DNA from: Kiloniellaceae bacterium
GTDB taxonomy: Bacteria > Pseudomonadota > Alphaproteobacteria > Kiloniellales > Kiloniellaceae
Reading direction: 5' to 3'
Assembly (NCBI GenBank): GCA_050290145.1
Contig: JBNKHC010000307.1
Span: 2,772-66,771, forward strand
DNA: 64,000 bases
This document shows positions 1 through 7,295 of this stretch, piece by piece. The position numbers and the translations under genes are program-made. Each line of letters opens with the position of its first letter. The first letter of the stretch is position 1. Under the pieces are notes generated by a model. It was not told the DNA's origin. It saw nothing but the letters and a program-made list of their open reading frames with translations, and did no database searches.

Positions 1-765
1 GGCGGAGGGCCGGCCGCGGCGGCAATGGCCGGCGAGAGGCTCGTGCCGCACAAGGCGGTCTATGCGCTGTCGCTGGGCAGCCTGCAATCGTCCAGCCCCG
101 TGGTCGAGGCGGCCGGCCGCTTCGAGTTCGAGTGGAAGGACGTCTGCGATGGCTGGGCGGTCAGCCAGAAGTTCCGCATCGCGCTGCTGTACGAGGACGG
201 GGTCTCCGTCAGTTTCGGGTGGAGCCTGTCGTCCTGGGAAGCGAAGGACGGCAAGCACTATCGCTTCTTCGTCCGGCGCTTCGACGGCAGCGGACTGACC
301 GAGTCGGTGCGAGGCGAGGCCGAGCTGGACGAGGACGGCAGCGGCCGGGCGGTCTTCAAGGAGCCGGAGGTCCGCGAGATCGACCTGCCCGCCGGGACCC
401 ACTTTCCGACCCATCATACCCTGCATGTGCTGGCCCGCGCCGAGGCCGGCGACGTGCCGGTCTGGACCCTGGTCTTCGACGGCTCGGGCGACGAGGGGCT
501 GTTCGGCGTCTCGGCGGCGCTGTCGCGGCGCCTGGCGCCCGGTGCGCCGGCGCGCATCTCCAGTCCGCTGCTGGACGAGGTGCCGTCCTGGCGGGTCGAC
601 CTGGCTTTCTTCGACGCCGATCAGCAGGACGCCGAGCCGGAACAGGAACAGGGCCTGCGGCTTTTCGCCAACGGCGTGGTCGACGAGATGCGGCTGGATT
701 ACGGCGACTTCGTGCTGGATGCCGATCTCACCGACCTGACCGAGCTGCCGGCTCCCGACTGCTGA
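1..765 (+). CDS. DUF1849/EipB-like envelope protein, 5' end probably outside the window
   Basis: ORF 25..765. The frame stays open back to base 1 and no signal peptide is present, so the true start is likely upstream. Resembles the alphaproteobacterial DUF1849 family from memory. Confidence 0.5.
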   Translation, partial: GGGPAAAAMAGERLVPHKAVYALSLGSLQSSSPVVEAAGRFEFEWKDVCDGWAVSQKFRIALLYEDGVSVSFGWSLSSWEAKDGKHYRFFVRRFDGSGLTESVRGEAELDEDGSGRAVFKEPEVREIDLPAGTHFPTHHTLHVLARAEAGDVPVWTLVFDGSGDEGLFGVSAALSRRLAPGAPARISSPLLDEVPSWRVDLAFFDADQQDAEPEQEQGLRLFANGVVDEMRLDYGDFVLDADLTDLTELPAPDC

Positions 766-771
766 GCTGCT

Positions 772-2088
772 CTAGGACTTTCCCCGCTGCGATCCCTTTG
801 ACGGCGCGCTCTTGTGGAGCTGCAGGCCGCGACCCTTGACGATGGCCTGGTCGCCCAGCTTGGCGCGCACCTGATCGATCGCCCGCTCGACCTGCGCCCG
901 CTTGGTGCGATCGGGGTCCAGCAGGTCGGGTAGGTCGGCCTGCTCGGCGACGACCAGGTCGGCGGCGCCGATGCCGATGAGGCGGAAGGAGCGGCCGTCG
1001 GCCTCCTGCTCCACCAGGGGCCGGGCAGTGCGGTAGAGCTCCTCGGCCAGTTGGGTCGGGGCGCCCAGGCGGCGGGAGCGGGATATCTGCCGGAAGTCGC
1101 CGGTTTTCATCTTCACCTGCACCGAGGCGCCGGCCAGGCCCGCCTTCTTGAGCCGCCGAGCGACGGTTTCGCAGAGCGGCCAGAGACGCTCCAGCAGCGG
1201 CTTGGCGGCGGAGATGTCCCGGTTGAAGGTGGTCTCCGACGAGATGCTCTTGGCCGGGGAGCGCGGGTTGACGCCGCGGTCGTCCTGGCCGCGGGCGAAG
1301 TGATAGAGCCGCTGGCCGATTCGTCCGTAGTGCCGCACCAGCTCCGCTTCGGAATAGGGCAGCAGGTGGCGCACCAGGGTGATCCCCTCGCGCGCCAGGG
1401 CGGCGCGCAGCGACTTGCCCACCCCCCAGATGATGCCTACCGGCTGATCGGCCAGAAAGCTCGTCGCCGCATCGAAGCCCAGCACGGCGAAGCCGCGGGG
1501 CTTGTCGAGGTCCGAGGCGATCTTGGCAAAGAACTTGTTGTAGCTGAGACCGATGGAGGCAGTGAGGTCCAGGTCCCGCTCGATGTCCCGCACCAGCCGG
1601 GCCAGGCTGCGGGCGGGCCAGCCGTGGTGCAGGGTCTCGGTGCCGGAAAGGTCCAGGAAGGCCTCGTCGATGGACAGCGGCTCGACCAGCGGCGTCAGCT
1701 CCAGCATGCGTTCACGGATGGCACGGCCGACCTCAGCGTACTTGGCCATCTCGGGGCGGATCACCACCGCATCGGGACAGGCCTTGAGCGCCTTGAACAT
1801 CGGCATGGCCGAATGGACGCCGTACATGCGCGCCACATAGCAGGCGGCGGAGACGACACCGCGCTGCCCGCCGCCCACGATCACCGGCTTGTCGCGCAGC
1901 TCGGGGCGATCGCGCTTCTCGACGCTGGCATAGAAGGCGTCGCAGTCGATGTGGGCGAGGCTCAGGCGATCCAGGTCCGGGTGCCAGACGAGGCGCGGGC
2001 TGTCGCAGGCAGGGCAGCGGCGCGGCCGGGTCTCGTCCGGCGGCGGCTCGGGATAGGTCTCCAGGCAGTCGCGGCAGAGACCGGGCAT
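772..2088 (-). CDS. dinB: DNA polymerase IV (Y-family) with an N-terminal CxxC...CxxC zinc-ribbon extension
   Basis: 438-aa ORF. Has the IDCDAFYASVEKRD catalytic motif, the Y-family palm/fingers/little-finger layout, and CRDC...CPAC at the N-terminus. Confidence 0.9.
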   Translation of the reverse strand: MPGLCRDCLETYPEPPPDETRPRRCPACDSPRLVWHPDLDRLSLAHIDCDAFYASVEKRDRPELRDKPVIVGGGQRGVVSAACYVARMYGVHSAMPMFKALKACPDAVVIRPEMAKYAEVGRAIRERMLELTPLVEPLSIDEAFLDLSGTETLHHGWPARSLARLVRDIERDLDLTASIGLSYNKFFAKIASDLDKPRGFAVLGFDAATSFLADQPVGIIWGVGKSLRAALAREGITLVRHLLPYSEAELVRHYGRIGQRLYHFARGQDDRGVNPRSPAKSISSETTFNRDISAAKPLLERLWPLCETVARRLKKAGLAGASVQVKMKTGDFRQISRSRRLGAPTQLAEELYRTARPLVEQEADGRSFRLIGIGAADLVVAEQADLPDLLDPDRTKRAQVERAIDQVRAKLGDQAIVKGRGLQLHKSAPSKGSQRGKS

Positions 2089-2091
2089 GGC

Positions 2092-3021
2092 TCAGGAGGC
2101 CTTGGTAAGGGCAGTCTCGAGTTCCTCCGGCCGCCAGAGGCGGGCGGCGCCGAAGACGCCGCTGGAATCGCCGTGACGGGCTTTCAGCAGCCGGGTGGCC
2201 ACGTGGTCGGAAAAGACATAGCGGGGCAGCAGGGCCGGCACCGCCTTGTAGAAGCGGTCGATGTTGGAGAGGCCGCCCCCCAGGACGACGCCATCGGGAT
2301 CGAGGATGTTGATGACATGGGCGAGGGCGCGGGCCAGGCGATCCTCGTAGCGGGTCAAGGCGGCCTCGGCGGCAGCTTCCCCCGCCGCGGCGCGCTCGAC
2401 GACGTCCTTGGCCGTGCCCTCGCGCCCGCCGTGCTCGCGGTAGTCGCGCGCCAGGTTGGGCCCGGAGAGAAAGGTCTCGATGCAGCCCTGCTTGCCGCAG
2501 TAGCAGTCCTGCCCCGGGCGTTCCTCGCTGTGGGGCCAGGGCAGGGGATTGTGGCCCCACTCGCCGGCGATGGCGTTGGGGCCGACCAGGGGACGCCCCC
2601 CGACCACGATGCCGCCGCCGACCCCGGTGCCGACGATGACGCCGAAGACCACCTCGAGACCGGCTGCCGCGCCGTCCGCGGCCTCCGAAATCGCCAGGCA
2701 GTTGGCGTCGTTCATCAGGCGGACCGGACGGTCCAGGGCAGTGGCCAGGTCGTGGTCCAGCGGCTGGTCGAGAAGCCAGGTAGAGCTGGCGTTTTTGATC
2801 AAACCCGTGGTTGCCGAAAGCGCCCCGGGAATCCCCACCCCGACGCTGCCCCGGCGGCCCAGACTATCCTCAACCTCTTGAACCAGAACGACAATCGTGC
2901 GAAGGGTTGCGGCATAGTCGCCGCGCGGGGTCGGCACGCGCTTGCGGATCACCGCCCTGCCGTCGCTGTCCAGGGCGGCAACTTCGATCTTCGTACCGCC
3001 GAGATCCACTCCGATCTGCAT
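2092..3021 (-). CDS. ROK-family sugar kinase (Mak/fructokinase-like)
   Basis: MQIGVDLGGTKIEV ATP-binding start, GEWGHNPLPW and the CYCGKQGCIETFLSG zinc motif. Close to E. coli Mak along its whole length from memory. The stop lies 3 nt before the dinB start, so the two are probably an operon. Confidence 0.8.
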   Translation of the reverse strand: MQIGVDLGGTKIEVAALDSDGRAVIRKRVPTPRGDYAATLRTIVVLVQEVEDSLGRRGSVGVGIPGALSATTGLIKNASSTWLLDQPLDHDLATALDRPVRLMNDANCLAISEAADGAAAGLEVVFGVIVGTGVGGGIVVGGRPLVGPNAIAGEWGHNPLPWPHSEERPGQDCYCGKQGCIETFLSGPNLARDYREHGGREGTAKDVVERAAAGEAAAEAALTRYEDRLARALAHVINILDPDGVVLGGGLSNIDRFYKAVPALLPRYVFSDHVATRLLKARHGDSSGVFGAARLWRPEELETALTKAS

Positions 3022-3072
3022 GAATTCCCTATCTTTTCAGAACGTAATTCTGTTTCGCCGTGGGCAGGAATG

Positions 3073-3097
3073 TTACCAAAGCTTACCAAAAATTAAC
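3073..3097. promoter_or_regulatory. Three 10-bp-phased TTACC/TTACC/TTAAC repeats upstream of divK-pleD
   Basis: gTTACCaaagcTTACCaaaaaTTAACttt with half-sites starting at 3073, 3083 and 3093. Similar to the CtrA half-site TTAAC, but the spacing is 10 bp rather than 11. Confidence 0.3.
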
Positions 3098-3245
3098 TTT
3101 ATTCCTCTATCAATGAGGAGATTCCGGCGATCCGGCCTGGCAGGGATTAAGCAGGGCCGCCGCCGGAAGTTCAGGGACTGTCGGTGCCGTCTTTCACCAG
3201 GACTGTGCCCTTCACTTACGGGGACCCATCGGGCAGGGCAATCAG

Positions 3246-3647
3246 ATGATGAATGGAACGAATATCGTCAAAGAGGCAGGTGTGGCTAAGACCGTCCTGA
3301 TCGTGGAGGACAACGAGCTGAACATGAAGCTCTTCCACGATCTCCTAGAAGCGCATGGCTATAACATCCTCCAGACCAAAGACGGCATGGAAGCGCTGCG
3401 CCTGGCGCGTGAGCATCGCCCGGACCTGATCCTGATGGATATTCAGCTGCCCGAGGTTTCCGGGCTCGAGGTCACGAAGTGGATCAAGGAAGACGACAAT
3501 CTGAAGTCGATTCCGGTGGTCGCCGTTACGGCCTTTGCCATGAAGGGCGACGAGGAGAAGATCCGCGAAGGTGGCTGCGAGGCTTATATCGCCAAGCCGA
3601 TTTCCGTCACGAACTTCCTGGAGACCGTCGAGCGGTTCCTCAACTAG
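3246..3647 (+). CDS. divK: Single-domain response regulator, DivK-like
   Basis: 133 aa, receiver domain only (LIVEDNELN...[14 protein letters not shown]...[10 protein letters not shown]...KP). Sits immediately upstream of pleD as in other alphaproteobacteria. Confidence 0.85.
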   Translation: MMNGTNIVKEAGVAKTVLIVEDNELNMKLFHDLLEAHGYNILQTKDGMEALRLAREHRPDLILMDIQLPEVSGLEVTKWIKEDDNLKSIPVVAVTAFAMKGDEEKIREGGCEAYIAKPISVTNFLETVERFLN

Positions 3648-3669
3648 CCGCGGCGGGACTTTCTCCGAT

Positions 3670-5097
3670 ATGACCGCCCGGATTCTGGTCGTCGATGATA
3701 TTCCTGCGAATGTCAAACTGCTCGAGGTCAAGCTGACCGCGGAGTATTTCGACGTCATAACAGCCGCCGACGGCCTCACGGCAATCGAGCTTGCGCAGAG
3801 CCAGGCGCCGGACCTTATCCTGAGCGACGTCATGATGCCCGGCATGGACGGCTTCGAGCTGTGCCAGCGGTTGAAGGCCGATCCCGAGACCAGCCACATT
3901 CCCGTGGTCATGGTAACCGCGCTGAGCGACGTCGCAGACCGCGTGCGCGGCCTGGAGGCCGGCGCCGACGACTTCCTGACCAAGCCCGTCAACGACATCG
4001 CGCTCTTCGCCCGCGTCCGCTCCCTGGCGCGGCTCAAGCAGATGATGGACGAGTTGCGCGTCCGCCAGGCCGCCAGCGGCAACGGCGAGATTCTGACCGA
4101 GGCCGACATGGAGAGCGCCGGCGGACTGCGCGATGCGCGGATCCTGCTGGCCGATGCCAGCGACAACGTGGCCGGCAAGGTCCAGAGCTATCTGGGCGAG
4201 GACGGCCACAAGGTGCACCATGTAAAGGTGGCCCAGGAAGCGCTGGCGGTGGCTCAGAACCAGGACTTCGACCTGCTGATCGTCAGCCTGCACCTGGGCC
4301 AGGAAGACGGCCTCAGGCTGTGCTCCCAGTTCCGCTCCCAGGACGACACCCGCCACGTGCCGATCCTGCTGCTGCTGGAGGAGGAAGACCTGCCGCGCCT
4401 GCCCAAGGGCCTGGAGATCGGCGTTACCGACTACCTGATCAAGCCCATCGACAGGAACGAACTGCGCGCCCGCACGCGTACCCAGATCCGCCGCCGTCGC
4501 TATCACGACAAGCTGCGCGAGATGCTGCAGCGCTCGGTGGCCTTGGCCTATACCGACACCCTGACCGGCGTCTACAACCGGCGCTACATGAACGCCCACC
4601 TGGACCGCAAGATCATGGAGATTGCGGAGACGGTGAAGCCGGTATCGGTGCTGATGTTCGACATCGACCACTTCAAGAGCATCAACGACACCTACGGCCA
4701 CAACGCCGGCGACGAGGTGTTGGTCGAAATGGCGCAGCGCGTGTCCCGCGGGGTGCGCGACATCGATCTGCTGTCGCGCTACGGCGGCGAGGAGTTCGTC
4801 ATCGTGATGCCGGATGCCGACGTCGAGGTGGCGCTGAACGTGGCCGAGCGGGTCCGCGCCCTGGTCGCCGACCAGGCTTTCCACTTGAGCGGTGCGGCGG
4901 GGGCCCAGCAGGTGACCATCTCGGTGGGCGTGGCCACCACCCGCGACCCCACGGAGACCGTGGAATCGCTCATCGGCCGGGCCGACGAGGCGCTCTATCG
5001 GGCGAAGGGGCGGGGGCGCAACTGCGTCAGCTCCGCAGAGCTGGAGCAGCTCTCACAGCGCGCCACCTCGCTGCCGGCGGTGGGCAGCGGGGACTGA
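3670..5097 (+). CDS. pleD: Diguanylate cyclase response regulator PleD (REC-REC-GGDEF)
   Basis: Start trimmed to ATG 3670 (MTARILVVDD). Two receiver domains plus a GGDEF domain with GGEEF and an RxxD I-site (RDID) 5 residues upstream. Confidence 0.9.
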   Translation: MTARILVVDDIPANVKLLEVKLTAEYFDVITAADGLTAIELAQSQAPDLILSDVMMPGMDGFELCQRLKADPETSHIPVVMVTALSDVADRVRGLEAGADDFLTKPVNDIALFARVRSLARLKQMMDELRVRQAASGNGEILTEADMESAGGLRDARILLADASDNVAGKVQSYLGEDGHKVHHVKVAQEALAVAQNQDFDLLIVSLHLGQEDGLRLCSQFRSQDDTRHVPILLLLEEEDLPRLPKGLEIGVTDYLIKPIDRNELRARTRTQIRRRRYHDKLREMLQRSVALAYTDTLTGVYNRRYMNAHLDRKIMEIAETVKPVSVLMFDIDHFKSINDTYGHNAGDEVLVEMAQRVSRGVRDIDLLSRYGGEEFVIVMPDADVEVALNVAERVRALVADQAFHLSGAAGAQQVTISVGVATTRDPTETVESLIGRADEALYRAKGRGRNCVSSAELEQLSQRATSLPAVGSGD

Positions 5098-5106
5098 CGT
5101 ACAGTC

Positions 5107-5125
5107 TGCCGGCAGCGCGCCGGCA
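5107..5125. terminator. Hairpin between convergent pleD and rpmG
   Basis: tgccggc-agcgc-gccggca, a 7-bp GC stem. No strong U tract, so this is only a candidate bidirectional terminator. Confidence 0.3.
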
Positions 5126-5209
5126 CTCTTCCAGAAAATCGCTTCCGGAATCGAAAAGCGGCCGCCGAGGAGGCGACCGCCCGATGTGGCAAGACAGGGA
5201 AGCCCCTGC

Positions 5210-5377
5210 TTACTTCATCTTGGATTCCTTGAAGATCACGTGCTTGCGCGCGACCGGGTCGAACTTACGCAGCTCGAGCTTCTCGGTCATGGTGCGCGGG
5301 TTCTTCTTGGCCACGTAGAAGTAGCCGGTGTCCGCGGTGCTCACCATCTTGATCAGTTGCGTGGCTGGCTTGGCCAT
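5210..5377 (-). CDS. rpmG: 50S ribosomal protein L33
   Basis: Hand translation of the minus strand gives [55 protein letters not shown] (55 aa). Absent from the ORF track, probably because it is short. Confidence 0.9.
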   Translation of the reverse strand: MAKPATQLIKMVSTADTGYFYVAKKNPRTMTEKLELRKFDPVARKHVIFKESKMK

Positions 5378-5501
5378 GTCCGCTATCCTTTACCTGAACT
5401 CATCGAGGTTGCCGGGAAAATACTGCGCCTTGGGCGGCTGTCAAGCCCGGCGCCGCCCGGGTGGCTTCCGCAAGGCGATTTAGGAAATTATACCTTGTCC
5501 T

Positions 5502-7139
5502 TCAGGAGCCCGAGGACGTCTGGGGCTGGTGGCTGCTGGCCGCGGTGTCCGGGGTGGCGTGCAGGGCGCGGGCGTAGAGGCCCGGTTCCTCCAGCAGCTG
5601 GCGGGCCACCGTCAGGTCGATTTCGGTATCGTCGCCCTCGCGGGAGGGGCAGTGGGCGCGGAACTCCTCGACCGCGGTGTCGTCGTTGATGTTGACGTCG
5701 CGGCGGCGCAGGTCGGCGGCCAGGGGCAGGGCGCCGCTGTGGATCAGGGTCAGCACGTCGGCCGGCGTGTTGACGTCGCTGGAGGAGGTGCAGACGTCCG
5801 GCAGCACGCCGCGGCGGTGCAGGGCGTAACCCGAAGGCGCGTGGAAGCGGGCCCAGGTCAGGATGAACTCGCCGGTGTTCGGCAGGGGCAGGACCGTCTG
5901 CACGGTGCCCTTGCCGTAGGAGCCGCTGCCGACCAGGACGGCGCGGCCGGAGTCCTGCAGGGCCGCGGCGACGATCTCGGAGGCCGAGGCGGAACCGCCG
6001 TCGATCAGCACGACCAGGGGCAGGTTCTCGGTGAGGTCGCCGCCCTTGGCCGGGTAGTACTGGTGGCTGTCGGTGTGGCGGCCGTGGATCGAGACGATGC
6101 GGCCGTGGGTCACGAAGACGTCGGAGACGGAGACGGCCTGTTCCAGCAGGCCGCCGGGATTGCCCCGCAGATCGAGGATGAAGCCGCGCAGGTCGCTGCC
6201 GATCTCGTTCTGGGCCTGATGGATCTTCTGGCGCAGGCTGTCGACCGTGCTCTTGTTGAAGCCGGTCATCTTGATATAGCCGAGGTTGCCCTCGCGGTGG
6301 TAGGTGACGGTCTGCGGCACGATGTGGCTGCGCACCACCGCCAGCGTCAGCGGCGCGGGCTCGGCATCCCGCTCAACGGCCAGCTGGACCTCGGAGCCGA
6401 TACGGCCGCGCAGGCGGTTCACCGCCTCGTGCTGCGAGAGGCCTTCGACGCTCTCGCCGTCGATGGCGACGATAACGTCGTCTTCGTGCAGGCCAGCCTT
6501 TTTGGCCGGGGTGTCTTCCATGACCGAGAGCACCAGCACGCCTTCCTCGATCAGGCGGATGCGCACGCCGATGCCGCCGAAGCCGTCGCGGCTGGCCCGG
6601 TTCTCGCGAGCCGCTTCGCGCCCGGCGTAGCGGGAGAAGTTGTCGAGCTGGGTGAGCAGGCCGTCGAACACGGCCTCGTAGATCTTCTCCGGCTCGGCGG
6701 CCTCGAGGTCGCGGGAGTGATAGCGCGACACCGAGATCACCGCCGCCGTCAGGGCACCCCAGGACTGGGCATCGCCCGGCGCGGCGAGGGGGAAGCTGGC
6801 CATGGCCTGGCCGTCGTAGCTGACCCGCAGACGCTCGCCCTCGACCTGAACGCCGAGAGCCGGATCGATGCTGGCCAGGCTCTGCATTCCGGCAACCGCA
6901 AGGTCCTGCACCGGCACTTCGTCGATATAGATGTCGCTGACGTTGCCGTAGCCGGCGGTGAAGAGGCGCTCGGCCCGGGCTTCGTTGTAGCCGACCTGCA
7001 CCGTGCTGTCCTGCGAGGCGCAGGCGACCATCAGGAAAGCGAGGCACAGCGGGCCCGCTCGACGGATCAGACCGTGGAGATCAAAGACCGGCAACCGAAG
7101 ATGGCTGAATAACCCCTGTGAAGTCCTCAAGCTTCGCAA
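5502..7139 (-). CDS. S41 family C-terminal processing peptidase (PDZ-containing), probable lipoprotein
   Basis: PDZ segment (GIGVRIRL...VLSVMEDTPAKKAGL) and an S41 catalytic region (DLRGNPGG...GGSASASEIVAAAL...GKGTVQ). LMVAC lipobox near the N-terminus. The exact start is uncertain. Confidence 0.85.
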   Translation of the reverse strand: MRSLRTSQGLFSHLRLPVFDLHGLIRRAGPLCLAFLMVACASQDSTVQVGYNEARAERLFTAGYGNVSDIYIDEVPVQDLAVAGMQSLASIDPALGVQVEGERLRVSYDGQAMASFPLAAPGDAQSWGALTAAVISVSRYHSRDLEAAEPEKIYEAVFDGLLTQLDNFSRYAGREAARENRASRDGFGGIGVRIRLIEEGVLVLSVMEDTPAKKAGLHEDDVIVAIDGESVEGLSQHEAVNRLRGRIGSEVQLAVERDAEPAPLTLAVVRSHIVPQTVTYHREGNLGYIKMTGFNKSTVDSLRQKIHQAQNEIGSDLRGFILDLRGNPGGLLEQAVSVSDVFVTHGRIVSIHGRHTDSHQYYPAKGGDLTENLPLVVLIDGGSASASEIVAAALQDSGRAVLVGSGSYGKGTVQTVLPLPNTGEFILTWARFHAPSGYALHRRGVLPDVCTSSSDVNTPADVLTLIHSGALPLAADLRRRDVNINDDTAVEEFRAHCPSREGDDTEIDLTVARQLLEEPGLYARALHATPDTAASSHQPQTSSGS

Positions 7140-7295
7140 CCTTTAGCGCTCCCTGCGGCTTAGACAATAAACGAAGTCATTAACTATGCGCAAAGCGCAA
7201 TTTCGTTTGTCTAAAGCCCTTTGGCCAAAAATACCGGCTTATTAGGCAACAGCCTGAGTCAAAGATTCGTTAACACCCAAGTAATAATTCGCCCC

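Noticed and set aside
3038-3052. Possible LexA/SOS box upstream of the kinase-dinB operon.
   Set aside because: It matches neither the alphaproteobacterial direct repeat GTTC-N7-GTTC nor the E. coli CTG-N10-CAG box. It is kept only as an unexplained dyad in a low-interest finding.
1051-3096. Very long ORFs antisense to or out of frame with annotated genes. Examples: 1051..3096 +, 5529..7112 +, 8175..10004 +, 14578..15942 +, 16777..18990 +, 19914..21425 -, 46752..48392 -, 48083..49711 -, 54927..56384 -, 60002..61291 -.
   Set aside because: These are typical shadow ORFs of high-GC DNA. Their translations are Arg/Ala/Gly/Pro-rich low-complexity sequence with no recognisable motifs, and each overlaps a gene with clear family signatures on the other strand or frame.
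5186-5689. 167-aa plus-strand ORF covering the rpmG region.
   Set aside because: It overlaps the clearly recognisable L33 gene on the opposite strand, and its translation is low-complexity.
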